Shown here: positions 30,755 through 39,844 of the stretch, piece after piece
Layout of the letters: each line of letters starts with the position of its first letter
How positions within the stretch are numbered: the stretch's first letter is position 1
NCBI GenBank assembly: GCA_900545285.1
Contig: UQYK01000003.1
Span: 2,287 to 66,286, forward strand
Reading direction: 5' to 3'
DNA length: 64,000 nt
DNA from: an uncultured Ruminococcus sp.
GTDB lineage: Bacteria; Bacillota; Clostridia; Oscillospirales; Ruminococcaceae
Notes under the pieces: generated by a model
Databases searched by the model: none
Seen by the model: the letters and a program-made list of their open reading frames with translations, nothing else
What the model was told of the DNA's origin: nothing
Position numbers and translations under genes: made by a program

Positions 30755-33700
30755 ATGAAGAAGAAAATAGTATCCTGGCTGATGGCTGGCCTGGTGGGAG
30801 TCTCTGGAGTGGCCGGGGCTTTCTCTGCTTTGCCGACTGAGGTGGTATCAGCTGCCGGCAGCTGTCAGGTGGAGTATTTGGACAGAGGCATTTCAGCCAT
30901 CAATACTGGTGCAGGAATGCTGGTGAGCTGGCGGTTTCTGGCCAATGATGCAGACAATGCAGAGTTTCAGCTGTATCGGAACAATACTTTGATTTACACA
31001 AGCAAGGCAGGCGGTTCCACCTGTTATCTGGATGCCGGCGGAAAGAGCACGGATCAGTATCGGGTAGACACCTTGGAAAGCGGAAAGGTCGTGTCCACGG
31101 CAAATTGCAGTTTGATTTCTAATCAAAACTACTTTCAGTTAAATCTGGATCCGCCGACCGGAAGTGGCTGTACCTACTCGCCCAATGACTGTTCCGTCGG
31201 AGATGTGGACGGAGACGGCGTCTACGAAATTTTCATGAAATGGGATCCCTCGAATTCCAAAGACAATTCGCAAAAGGGAAAGACCGGGAATGTTTTCATC
31301 GATTGTTACCGGCTGGACGGCACACGGCTGTGGCGTATTGATCTGGGAAAAAATATTCGCGCCGGCGCCCATTATACGCAGTTTTTCGTTGCCGATTTTG
31401 ACAGCGACGGAAAGGCAGAAATGACCTGTAAGACTGCGGACGGCACAGTGGACGGAACGGGAACGGTTATCGGAGATGCATCTAAGGATTACCGGAATTC
31501 AAACGGCTATGTTCTTTCCGGCCCTGAATATTACACATTATTTGACGGCAGCACCGGTGCCGCTCTGGATACTATTGATTATGAGCCGGGGCGCGGGACT
31601 GTTTCGAAATGGGGAGACAGCTATGGCGGACGCGTTGACCGTTTCTGGGGTTCAGTTGCGTATCTGGATGGTGTACATCCCAGCGTGATTACGGGACGCG
31701 GATATTATACACGTATGACTGCCACTGCGTATGATGTGGTAAATAAAAAGCTGGTAAAGCGTTGGGCGTTTGACACAGGAAATGACAAAAACGCTGCCGG
31801 TTACGGTGACGGTAATCATAACAGCATGGTTGCCGATGTAGACGGTGACGGCAAGCAGGAAATCATTACCGGTTCCACCTGCATTGATGATAATGGAAAG
31901 GTGCTCTGGTGCCTGAACAAGGGACACGGTGACGCAATACACTTAGGGGATCTCCTTCCGGATCGTCCGGGACAGGAACTGTGGATTTGTCACGAAGATA
32001 AGCCCTATGGCGTATCTCTGGTGGATGCTTCCAATGGCAAGATTATTTTCCACAAGGATGGCACCGGCGATACCGGCCGCTGCTGCGCCGACAATGTCTG
32101 GACCGGAAATGACGGCGCAGAATTCTGGGGCTTGAACAATGACGTGTTTGACGGAAGCGGCAATACCTTGAATTGCCGCCGGCCGGCAATCAATTTCCTG
32201 TCTTATTGGGACGGCGATCTGGAGCGGGAGATCTTAGACGGCTACACGGATTCTCCGGCAACCATTTCAAAGATGGGTGCAGACGGAAAGCTGACAAATC
32301 TGCTTACAACGGACGGCTATTACACCTGTAATACCACAAAGGGTACGCCTTGTCTGTCGGCGGATATTTTTGGCGACTGGAGAGAAGAACTGATTGTCCG
32401 CAGTGCTGACAGCAAGTCCATTCGGATTTACTGCACACCGTATGATACCGATTACCGCATTACAACACTGATGCAGGATCCGCAGTACCGGGCGCAGGTA
32501 TCGGCACAGCAGACCGCCTATAACCAACCGCCGCATGCCAGCTTTTATCTGGGATCGGATCAGCCGCTGCCGGCACGTCCCAATGTAACGGTACTGGGAA
32601 AAAATACAAATCCGGTTCCTGTTCCGGATCCAGAACCAGTAACGCCTACCGCAGCTGTTCTGCCGGAAGGCACCGTGTTTATGCTGAAAAACGTGAACAG
32701 CGGTCTTTATCTGGAAGTGGCAAATGGTACAGCAGAAGCCGGCGCCAACCTTCAGCAGTGGGGCGCAGATCAGTCGGGAGCGCACAATACCTGGCGCGCT
32801 GTTTCTGCCGGAGACGGGTACTACTATTTATATAGCCAGGTGGGGAATAAGATCACCTACCTTATGGATGTATCTGGCGGAAAGGCTGGGAACGGCACCA
32901 ATCTGGCACTTTGGACAAAGAGCAGCCGGGAGCAGGCACAGCAGTTTTTGTTCGCAAAAAATGCAGACGGTTCCTATACGATCTATACCAAGGCATCGGA
33001 TTTAAAGAGCTGCGTGGAAGTGGAAAACGCCAGCAAGTCCAGCGGCGCAAATGTACAGCAGTATGCAGTAAACGGAAACAGCTGCCAGCACTGGAATCTG
33101 GAAGCCGTAACAGATCCGGGCGTTGTCATGAATACCAATGTAGTATACCAATTCCGGAATGCAAACAGTGATCTGAATCTGGAGGTAAAGGATGCCAACG
33201 CTGCTGCCGGTGCCAATGTACAGCAGTGGGGCGAGAACGGCAACGATTGTCAGAAGTGGACACTGGCAGATGCCGGAGACGGGTATTACTATATTCTCTC
33301 CAGATTAGGGGACGGCAAAACCTACTATCTGGATGTAACTGGCGGAAAAGCTGCCGATGGCACCAATGTTGAAATTTATACCGCTTCCGGCACTTCGGCG
33401 CAGCTCTTTAAATTTGTGCCGAATCCGGATGGAACATATACCATTCTGACAAAGTCATCCAAAGACAAGGGCACAGTCGGTGTCTCTGCGGCTTCAAAAG
33501 AAAGCGGCGGTAATGTAATCCAGTGGAGCAGAAACGGCAGTGCCGATCAGAACTGGTATCTAACAGAACTGGGCGAAATTCCGCCGGTTGTCACGACAGA
33601 GCCGGTTGTCACGACAGAGCCGATTGTCACGACTGAACCGATTGTCACGACAGAACCGGTTGTCACGACAGAACCAGTTATCACAACAATTGTAACCGAA

Positions 33701-34132
33701 TCGCAGACAATTTTCTCGGATACCACAGAATCTGTTCCCAACACAGTGACAGAAACAACCGTAACGGAACCGGTTCCTACGGAAACTGCTCCGCCTGTAA
33801 CAACAGGATCCACAAACTCTGAAACAGTTTCTGTCACAGTTACCACCAATACCATACATACAGCAACCAGTGTTACTACTGCTTCTGCCACCAAGCCAAC
33901 GGCTACAGCAGCACCGGCCAGCGTCTTGTATGGAGATATTAACCTGGATGGAAAAATTGAACTGGCAGATGCTGTGCTGTTAAACAAGGCCACTGCGGAT
34001 GTGATTGTTCTCAACGATACCGCCAGAACCAATGCAGACTGTGTTGCAGACGGCGAGGTAAACGGACGGGACGCAATCGCCCTGCTGCAATTCCTGGTAC
34101 AAATTGTAGATACACTGCCATTACAGGCATAA
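30755..34132 (+). CDS. secreted rhamnogalacturonan lyase (PL11, YesW/YesX-like) + 2x CBM13 ricin + Thr-rich linker + dockerin
   Basis: signal peptide; EYLDRG, VSWR, GDVDGDG, NIRAGAHYTQF, RGYYTR, GHGDA.H, DIFGDWREE, YNQPPH; QxW ricin repeats; C-terminal GDINLDG..D / ADCVADG..D dockerin. Confidence 0.92.
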   Translation: MKKKIVSWLMAGLVGVSGVAGAFSALPTEVVSAAGSCQVEYLDRGISAINTGAGMLVSWRFLANDADNAEFQLYRNNTLIYTSKAGGSTCYLDAGGKSTDQYRVDTLESGKVVSTANCSLISNQNYFQLNLDPPTGSGCTYSPNDCSVGDVDGDGVYEIFMKWDPSNSKDNSQKGKTGNVFIDCYRLDGTRLWRIDLGKNIRAGAHYTQFFVADFDSDGKAEMTCKTADGTVDGTGTVIGDASKDYRNSNGYVLSGPEYYTLFDGSTGAALDTIDYEPGRGTVSKWGDSYGGRVDRFWGSVAYLDGVHPSVITGRGYYTRMTATAYDVVNKKLVKRWAFDTGNDKNAAGYGDGNHNSMVADVDGDGKQEIITGSTCIDDNGKVLWCLNKGHGDAIHLGDLLPDRPGQELWICHEDKPYGVSLVDASNGKIIFHKDGTGDTGRCCADNVWTGNDGAEFWGLNNDVFDGSGNTLNCRRPAINFLSYWDGDLEREILDGYTDSPATISKMGADGKLTNLLTTDGYYTCNTTKGTPCLSADIFGDWREELIVRSADSKSIRIYCTPYDTDYRITTLMQDPQYRAQVSAQQTAYNQPPHASFYLGSDQPLPARPNVTVLGKNTNPVPVPDPEPVTPTAAVLPEGTVFMLKNVNSGLYLEVANGTAEAGANLQQWGADQSGAHNTWRAVSAGDGYYYLYSQVGNKITYLMDVSGGKAGNGTNLALWTKSSREQAQQFLFAKNADGSYTIYTKASDLKSCVEVENASKSSGANVQQYAVNGNSCQHWNLEAVTDPGVVMNTNVVYQFRNANSDLNLEVKDANAAAGANVQQWGENGNDCQKWTLADAGDGYYYILSRLGDGKTYYLDVTGGKAADGTNVEIYTASGTSAQLFKFVPNPDGTYTILTKSSKDKGTVGVSAASKESGGNVIQWSRNGSADQNWYLTELGEIPPVVTTEPVVTTEPIVTTEPIVTTEPVVTTEPVITTIVTESQTIFSDTTESVPNTVTETTVTEPVPTETAPPVTTGSTNSETVSVTVTTNTIHTATSVTTASATKPTATAAPASVLYGDINLDGKIELADAVLLNKATADVIVLNDTARTNADCVADGEVNGRDAIALLQFLVQIVDTLPLQA
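33584..33688 (+). repeat. 18-bp coding tandem repeat, about 5.8 copies, P(V/I)VTTE
   Basis: CCG(G/A)TTGTCACGAC(A/T)GA(G/A) units at 33584, 33602, 33620, 33638, 33656, 33674. Confidence 0.95.
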
Positions 34133-34172
34133 GTGCAGAAAATATTTTTTTGTGAAATGACATTGTTTTCGT

Positions 34173-34235
34173 AAAACTGCCGCTTCGGACGGAATCTCCG
34201 TTTTTTGGAGAACTGTTCGGGGCGGCGGTTTTTTT
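34173..34235 (+). terminator. long-stem terminator after the PL11 gene
   Basis: AAAACTGCCGCTTCGGACGG...CTGTTCGGGGCGGCGGTTTTTTT. Confidence 0.7.
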
Positions 34236-34265
34236 GCGCCAAATTTTTCTTTTTGCAAAAAGTAC

Positions 34266-34325
34266 TTGACAAACCGGAATGGATTTGTTATAATAGTTCG
34301 AAAACTGAAATTCATTCTCATTTTT
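34266..34325 (+). promoter_or_regulatory. sigma-A promoter with a Fur/Zur-like operator at the start site
   Basis: TTGACA 34266, 17 bp, TGT-TATAAT 34289-34294; then TGAAATTCATTCTCA, an imperfect 7-1-7 repeat resembling TGATAATnATTATCA. Confidence 0.65.
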
Positions 34326-34412
34326 GTTTTCAAAATGAAAGAGACTTTACACCCTGTGTGCATATGTCGATGCATACAGATTCTGAGAGAAAGCGAAAGG
34401 AAGGGGCAGTCT

Positions 34413-35423
34413 ATGAAACGATTTCTGGCCGCATTTTGTGCGTGTCTGTTTGGTTTTTGCGGTTTAATGACCGGGTGCAGCCGCGATCAGGCCAATACTG
34501 CTGCTGTACAGGTTGTCTGCACTATTTTCCCGGAATATGACTGGGTGCGGCAGATCGTGGGAGATGTGCCGGACGTTGCAGTAACGCTGTTGATTCAGGG
34601 CGGCACAGATTTGCACAGCTATCAGCCGTCCGTGAAGGATATTGCGGCAATTGCAAAGGCAGATCTCTTCTGTTATGTAGGCGGTGCTTCGGATGAATGG
34701 GTGACCAATGTGCTGCATACGGCCGAAAATGAGCAAGTACGCGTGGTTTCTTTGCTGGATGTGACAGATGCAGACGAAGAACTTGTAACCGAGGGAATGC
34801 AGGATGAGGAGCATCACCACGAACATGCTCATAATACATCTGCTGCGGAGGCACAGGCAGAGCCGGAGCTGGACGAACATGTGTGGCTGTCACTGCGCCG
34901 GGCGCAAATGGCGTGTACCGCAATCCGGGACGCTCTTTGTGCCCAGGACCCGGCACATGCTGCCGTCTATCAGGAAAACTGTGCGGCCTATCTGAAAAAA
35001 TTGCAGACGCTGGATCAGACTTATGAAACTATGGTACAGCAGGATGCTGTGCGGGATACGATTCTGGTGGCCGACCGGTTTCCCTTCCGCTATCTGGCGG
35101 AGGACTATGGAATCCACTATTACGCGGCATTTCCGGGCTGTTCTGCGGAGACAGAGGCAAGCTTTGAGACCATTGCCTTTTTGTCAGAAAAGCTGACACA
35201 GCTGGAACTGCCCTGTGTTCTTACAACGGAGAGCAGTGATCAGTCCCTGGCGCGGACCATTCTGGAAAGCGCTCATTCAGACAGTGTGATTCTGACTATG
35301 GATTCTCTCCAGTCTGTCACAAAACAGCAGCTGGAGGACGGCGTATCCTATCTGGATCGCATGGAAAACAACTATACCATCTTAAAAGAAGCGCTGACAA
35401 GCGGAGAAAAGGAGATGCAGTAA
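34413..35423 (+). CDS. znuA: Zn/Mn ABC transporter substrate-binding lipoprotein
   Basis: lipobox MTGC, DLHSYQPS, His-rich loop EEHHHEHAH, DEHVWLS, AETEAS. Confidence 0.9.
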   Translation: MKRFLAAFCACLFGFCGLMTGCSRDQANTAAVQVVCTIFPEYDWVRQIVGDVPDVAVTLLIQGGTDLHSYQPSVKDIAAIAKADLFCYVGGASDEWVTNVLHTAENEQVRVVSLLDVTDADEELVTEGMQDEEHHHEHAHNTSAAEAQAEPELDEHVWLSLRRAQMACTAIRDALCAQDPAHAAVYQENCAAYLKKLQTLDQTYETMVQQDAVRDTILVADRFPFRYLAEDYGIHYYAAFPGCSAETEASFETIAFLSEKLTQLELPCVLTTESSDQSLARTILESAHSDSVILTMDSLQSVTKQQLEDGVSYLDRMENNYTILKEALTSGEKEMQ

Positions 35424-35425
35424 AT

Positions 35426-36130
35426 ATGGCACAGCTTTTTTGTGAAGATATCACGTTGGGATATGAGGGCATTCCGGTAACGGAGCATCTCTCCTTTTCT
35501 GTACAGGCAGGAGACTATCTGTATATTGTGGGAGAAAACGGTTCCGGAAAAAGTACACTGATGAAAACGATTCTGCGGTTGAAAACCCCGATGAAAGGGA
35601 AAATTGAAACTGGTGACGGCCTGAAACCGGATGAAATCGGCTACTTGCCCCAACAGACAGCAGTACAGCGTGACTTTCCGGCATCAGTGCTGGAAATCGT
35701 TCGTTCCGGCTGCCTGAACCGGTGCGGTCTGCGCCCGTTTTACCGCCGGGAGGAAAAACAGCGTGCCCTGGATAACATGGAACGCCTGGGAATCCGGCAT
35801 TTGGCCAAGCGGTGCTACCGGGAACTTTCCGGCGGCCAGCAGCAGCGCGTACTGTTAGCGCGCGCCCTCTGCGCAACGGAAAAAATGCTGCTGCTGGACG
35901 AACCAGTGACCGGACTGGATCCGAAGGCGCAGGCAGAACTGTATGAACTCATCGGGCAGCTGAACCGGGACGGCATCACCATTTTGATGGTGTCCCATGA
36001 TATGGAAGCGGCAGTGAAATACGCCTCCCATATTTTACACATCAGCAAAACGCCGCTGTTCTTCGGTACAAAGGCAGATTATCTCAAAAGTAAAATCGGA
36101 CAGGCGTTTACACAGGAAGGGACGGTGTGA
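35426..36130 (+). CDS. znuC: Zn/Mn ABC transporter ATP-binding protein
   Basis: GENGSGKS, IGYLPQ, LSGGQQQR, LLLDEP, VSHD. Confidence 0.9.
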   Translation: MAQLFCEDITLGYEGIPVTEHLSFSVQAGDYLYIVGENGSGKSTLMKTILRLKTPMKGKIETGDGLKPDEIGYLPQQTAVQRDFPASVLEIVRSGCLNRCGLRPFYRREEKQRALDNMERLGIRHLAKRCYRELSGGQQQRVLLARALCATEKMLLLDEPVTGLDPKAQAELYELIGQLNRDGITILMVSHDMEAAVKYASHILHISKTPLFFGTKADYLKSKIGQAFTQEGTV

Positions 36131-36134
36131 CAGC

Positions 36135-36986
36135 ATGCATTTCTGGGAAGAATTAACAGGATATCTTTCATTTTCGTTTGTACAATACGCGCTGATTGCC
36201 GGCGTACTGATTGCGCTTTGCTCCTCGTTGCTGGGCGTAACACTGGTATTGAAGCGGTTTTCCGTTATCGGAGACGGCCTGTCGCATGTGGCCTTTGGCG
36301 CATTGGCCATTGCGACTGTGCTGCACCTGAGCAATTCCATGATTTTGGTAATGCCGGTGACAGTTGTTTGTGCGGTACTGCTGCTCTGCGCCAGCCAGAG
36401 TGCGAAAATCAAGGGAGATGCGGCGATTGCCATGCTCTCTGTCAGTGCGCTGGCGATCGGTTATCTGGTGCAAAACATTTTCTCCTCCTCTGCCAACATT
36501 GCCGGGGATGTGTGCAGCACCCTGTTTGGCTCTACGCTGATTCTCACACTGTCCAAACTGGATGTGTGGATCTGTGTTATTATGTCGGTAGTGGTAATCG
36601 GTATATTCCTGCTGTTTTATCACAAGATTTTTGCGGTCACCTTTGATGAAACATTTGCGGCGGCAACCGGTATCCGGGCGCGGCTGTACAACTTCCTCAT
36701 TGCAGTGGTAACAGCGGTAATTATTGTGCTGGCCATGAATCTGGTTGGCTCGCTGCTGACCTCGGCGCTGATCGTCTTTCCGGCGCTGTCTGCGATGCGT
36801 CTGTTCCGGAGCTTTCGGGGCGTGATTTTCTGCGCTGCCGTGATCTCTGTGGTATGCGCCGTGGGTGGTCTGCTGATCTCAATTCTGGCATCTACGCCGG
36901 TGGGCGCTACAATTGTAACTGCCGATCTGGTGGTTTTTCTGGGATGCTGTGGTGCAGGCACTTTGATGCGCCGCCGTATAGTATAA
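36135..36986 (+). CDS. znuB: Zn/Mn ABC transporter permease
   Basis: GDGLSHVAF, LFGS, TFDE.FA, VGSLL..AL..FPA. Confidence 0.9.
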   Translation: MHFWEELTGYLSFSFVQYALIAGVLIALCSSLLGVTLVLKRFSVIGDGLSHVAFGALAIATVLHLSNSMILVMPVTVVCAVLLLCASQSAKIKGDAAIAMLSVSALAIGYLVQNIFSSSANIAGDVCSTLFGSTLILTLSKLDVWICVIMSVVVIGIFLLFYHKIFAVTFDETFAAATGIRARLYNFLIAVVTAVIIVLAMNLVGSLLTSALIVFPALSAMRLFRSFRGVIFCAAVISVVCAVGGLLISILASTPVGATIVTADLVVFLGCCGAGTLMRRRIV

Positions 36987-37067
36987 AATATATTTACGAT
37001 TTGTTCACTCTAAAATAGAATTTTTATGATATTATGGAGAAAATTATAAAAGGGGGATTTTAAAAGG

Positions 37068-37871
37068 ATGAAACACAAAAACAAATTGCTGGCACTGGCA
37101 GCAGCCGGAGTATTGACCGTAACAGGAATGACCATGCCGGCGGTGCAGGCAGCGTCTGATGATATGTACGATATGTACGGGGATTTGGATGGTGACGGTG
37201 CGGTGACCATTTCCGATGCTTACCGGGCGCTCCGGGCATATTCCAAGGTCAGCGCAGGAGGCGATTCTGGTTTGATGGATTTTCAGCTGACTGCAGCGGA
37301 TGTAAACCGGGACGGTTTTGTTACCATTGAGGATGCGTATTATATTCTGAAGTATTATGCGGAACATTTTGCCGGAAACCAGGTGACTTGGGAAGAAATC
37401 ACCAGAGAAACTGTGGTTGTGGCAAGTGAACTGTATCAGGAGTATTATGAACCTTTTCTGCGGAATATCAAGTATAAGATTTCAGATACGCTGGGCAGCT
37501 ATTACTTTGCAGACCTGAATCGTGACGGCATCAAGGAACTCATTATACCGCGCTGTACATATGCCTATGATTCCTCTGCCAATGTCTATACGATTTCAGG
37601 AAACCGCGTGGTATATGCAGGCACGGCAGGGGATGCTTACGCTACCTATTACTGCAAAAATGGCATTTACTACGGGTATTTCATAAAGGGCGGTAACAGA
37701 ATAATTCATAAGATCACCATGAATCAGACTACTGTAACGACTACTGTTGTAACGCAGGAATACAGTCCCGGAGAGCAGGAAGCAAAGTGGATGCAGGAAA
37801 TCAAAGATCTGGAAGAACAATGCGGCCTGCCTACCTATAAACTGGATGATTTCTCACCGTTCTACGAATAA
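37068..37871 (+). CDS. secreted protein with N-terminal dockerin and an unknown C-terminal domain
   Basis: signal peptide; GDLDGDGAVTISDA...AADVNRDGFVTIEDA..ILKYYA; further DLNRDG..EL Ca-loop. Confidence 0.82.
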   Translation: MKHKNKLLALAAAGVLTVTGMTMPAVQAASDDMYDMYGDLDGDGAVTISDAYRALRAYSKVSAGGDSGLMDFQLTAADVNRDGFVTIEDAYYILKYYAEHFAGNQVTWEEITRETVVVASELYQEYYEPFLRNIKYKISDTLGSYYFADLNRDGIKELIIPRCTYAYDSSANVYTISGNRVVYAGTAGDAYATYYCKNGIYYGYFIKGGNRIIHKITMNQTTVTTTVVTQEYSPGEQEAKWMQEIKDLEEQCGLPTYKLDDFSPFYE

Positions 37872-37890
37872 CCAGACCAATTGATAAAAC

Positions 37891-37957
37891 AAAAACGGCT
37901 GTCTGTCGCTTGCCCCTCTTTCAAAAGAGGGTGAGAAGCGGCAGACAGCCGTTTTTT
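37891..37957. terminator. bidirectional long-stem terminator
   Basis: AAAAACGGCTGTCTGTCGCTT...AAGCGGCAGACAGCCGTTTTTT between convergent genes. Confidence 0.8.
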
Positions 37958-37978
37958 AAAGTGTTAAACTGGTTTCGT

Positions 37979-39436
37979 CTATTGTTTTAATATGGCGGCT
38001 AAAATCCGCAGGATGGCCGATCCGTAATTCTTTCCGGCCGCCCAGCCCCGGTGCTGGGGATTTTCCTGGATGCCCAGCCAGTCTACATAGGGGGCGCAGC
38101 CACGAATGACATAGGAGAATCGGGGGTCAATTTGTGCCTGATTCAGCGGCGCAGTGTCCGCATAGGCCTTCAGATGCTGAATCTGTGCCCGGATTCCCAG
38201 CTGGGGTGTGGCAAAGGAGTTGCCCTTCATGCCGTTCTGGGTGACGCCCAGGCCGCAGAAATTGTTCTGGTCTAAGGTGACGGCAGAGCCGCGGAAGGCA
38301 AAGTTTCCGGTTTCCAGACAAGCCTGTGCAAAGGCAATGTCGCCCCGTACTCCTTCGGCTTCACCTTCGCTGAGATAATACGGGATCATATCCAGAACGC
38401 TCTGTGCTACATTGGGATTGACAGAGCGGATATATGCCTGCATCTGTTCTACAGTTGTCCGTGCCTGTCCCATGACATAGGTGCGGCCGGCGGCATCGGT
38501 TTCCGGTGTCAGTATCTTTTTTGTCAAAATGCCGTCTGCATCGGCGGTGTATTCCGTTCCATCAATGGTAATGCTGTCATCGCGGAATAAAGTGCCGTCC
38601 TCCTGGAAAAAATACAGGTTATCCCCGATGGTTTGCAAGCCTGTTTCCATGGCACCCTCTGCATTAAAATAGTAGGTCTCATCTCCTGCGGTTTGCATCC
38701 CGGTCTGCACGCCGGTATTTGTGATGTAATAGATGCTGTCGTCTATGGTGCACAATCCCTGACGGCACATGCCGGTGTCGCTGTCGAAATAGTAGCGGCC
38801 GCCCTGAATGGTGACCCATCCGGTGACCTGCTTTCCATCATCGCCGAACTGATACCAGGTGTCGCCGATCTGCACATCCCCTGTGACAATCACACCGGAA
38901 GCATCTGCATAATACCGTGCGCCGTCCTCATAGGTAAAATAGCCGGTTTGCAGTGCACCATGGGAATCCAGCAGGTATACAGCATCCTTTCCGGAGTCAT
39001 TGCCGTCCAGATCTACCAGGCCGACCTGTCTGCCGGTGTATTTTCCGTCCCACCGGTCTGCATAATAGATCTGATCCCCAATGTGAATCCAGCCCCACTG
39101 GCGTTCGTGGGTTTCTGCATTATAATAGAAGCGTGCGCCGTCTACTGTCTGCCATCCGGTGCGCAGAACGCCGTCCGGTGCGAACAGATAAACCTTTCCG
39201 TCAATGGTGGTTTCGCCGGAAACCGCATTGCCGTCTTCATCAAAGTACTGCCACTCGCCGCCTATGGTTTTTTCCCAGGTTGCAGGCGTGCCAGTTGCAC
39301 GAACCTGGGTCAGCGGTGTGCTGCCGGTAGCCAGTGGGGGCGTGTCGCCGGCATCTGCTGCCGCTGCGGAAAATCCGCCGATGCAAAGTGCACCGCAGAC
39401 TACCGCCAGAGAAAGTAAAATGGTATGTAGTTTCAA
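37979..39436 (-). CDS. GH73 glucosaminidase (autolysin) with N-terminal cell-wall-binding YG repeats
   Basis: signal peptide; repeats TGW.TI.G..YYF..DG; AFAQACLETG, NNFCGLG, WA..KNYG; TTG 39436 after AGGAGG. Confidence 0.88.
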   Translation of the reverse strand: MKLHTILLSLAVVCGALCIGGFSAAAADAGDTPPLATGSTPLTQVRATGTPATWEKTIGGEWQYFDEDGNAVSGETTIDGKVYLFAPDGVLRTGWQTVDGARFYYNAETHERQWGWIHIGDQIYYADRWDGKYTGRQVGLVDLDGNDSGKDAVYLLDSHGALQTGYFTYEDGARYYADASGVIVTGDVQIGDTWYQFGDDGKQVTGWVTIQGGRYYFDSDTGMCRQGLCTIDDSIYYITNTGVQTGMQTAGDETYYFNAEGAMETGLQTIGDNLYFFQEDGTLFRDDSITIDGTEYTADADGILTKKILTPETDAAGRTYVMGQARTTVEQMQAYIRSVNPNVAQSVLDMIPYYLSEGEAEGVRGDIAFAQACLETGNFAFRGSAVTLDQNNFCGLGVTQNGMKGNSFATPQLGIRAQIQHLKAYADTAPLNQAQIDPRFSYVIRGCAPYVDWLGIQENPQHRGWAAGKNYGSAILRILAAILKQ

Positions 39437-39500
39437 TCCGATGCCTCCTAAAGTGTCTATTTTTTTGGTGCAGCAGCGCTGCTGCACGCGTATCCATTTT

Positions 39501-39529
39501 ATTATATCACATTTTGTTCAGAAATGCAA
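39501..39529 (-). promoter_or_regulatory. sigma-A promoter of the autolysin gene
   Basis: minus strand TTGCAT, 17 bp, TGA-TATAAT. Confidence 0.7.
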
Positions 39530-39684
39530 CCTTTTTTTGTGCAAATAGCTGGTTTTCAAAAGGAAAACGCGAGATCTGCCGTATTCTGTACAGGGAAGCG
39601 AAGATTTTCGTCACTTTTACAGAAAAACGCTATAGAATATGACTGCTTTTTGGAATGGATAAGAAAAAAATAACGTAGAATTTG

Positions 39685-39713
39685 TTGACAATACCTCGAA
39701 AATTCGGTATAAT
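39685..39713 (+). promoter_or_regulatory. sigma-A promoter of the HD/CmpB pair
   Basis: TTGACA 39685-39690, 17 bp, TATAAT 39708-39713. Confidence 0.85.
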
Positions 39714-39720
39714 GTTGATA

Positions 39721-39813
39721 GGAAAGACGCAGGAGGCGTTTTCTGCGTGACTTTCCGGATGCAGAGTCTGTAGGGGATTTCAGCAGATGCGGACAAGATG
39801 TATCTGCTTTTTT
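39721..39813 (+). promoter_or_regulatory. candidate attenuator leader (hairpin + 8-codon uORF + intrinsic terminator)
   Basis: hairpin 39721-39756; AGGAGG 39731-39736; GTG..TAG 39747-39773; stem AGCAGATGC/GTATCTGCT plus T-run 39782-39813. Confidence 0.5.
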
Positions 39814-39844
39814 GGGATGAAACAGATTCTCAGGGAGGAGACTT

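Noticed and set aside
33584..33688. Regular repeat resembling a CRISPR array
   Set aside because: Contiguous in-frame 18-bp units with no spacers and no cas genes
34266..34412. N-terminal extensions in the ORF track (also 3359, 8757, 16056, 17407, 20946, 40168, 49958, 55248, 56099)
   Set aside because: Downstream starts have better RBSs and match signal peptides or family N-termini; several extensions run through promoters or terminators
26953..39502. 12-mer TATCCATTTTAT next to both the nadB and autolysin palindromes
   Set aside because: AT-rich, and on opposite sides of the palindromes relative to transcription; likely coincidence
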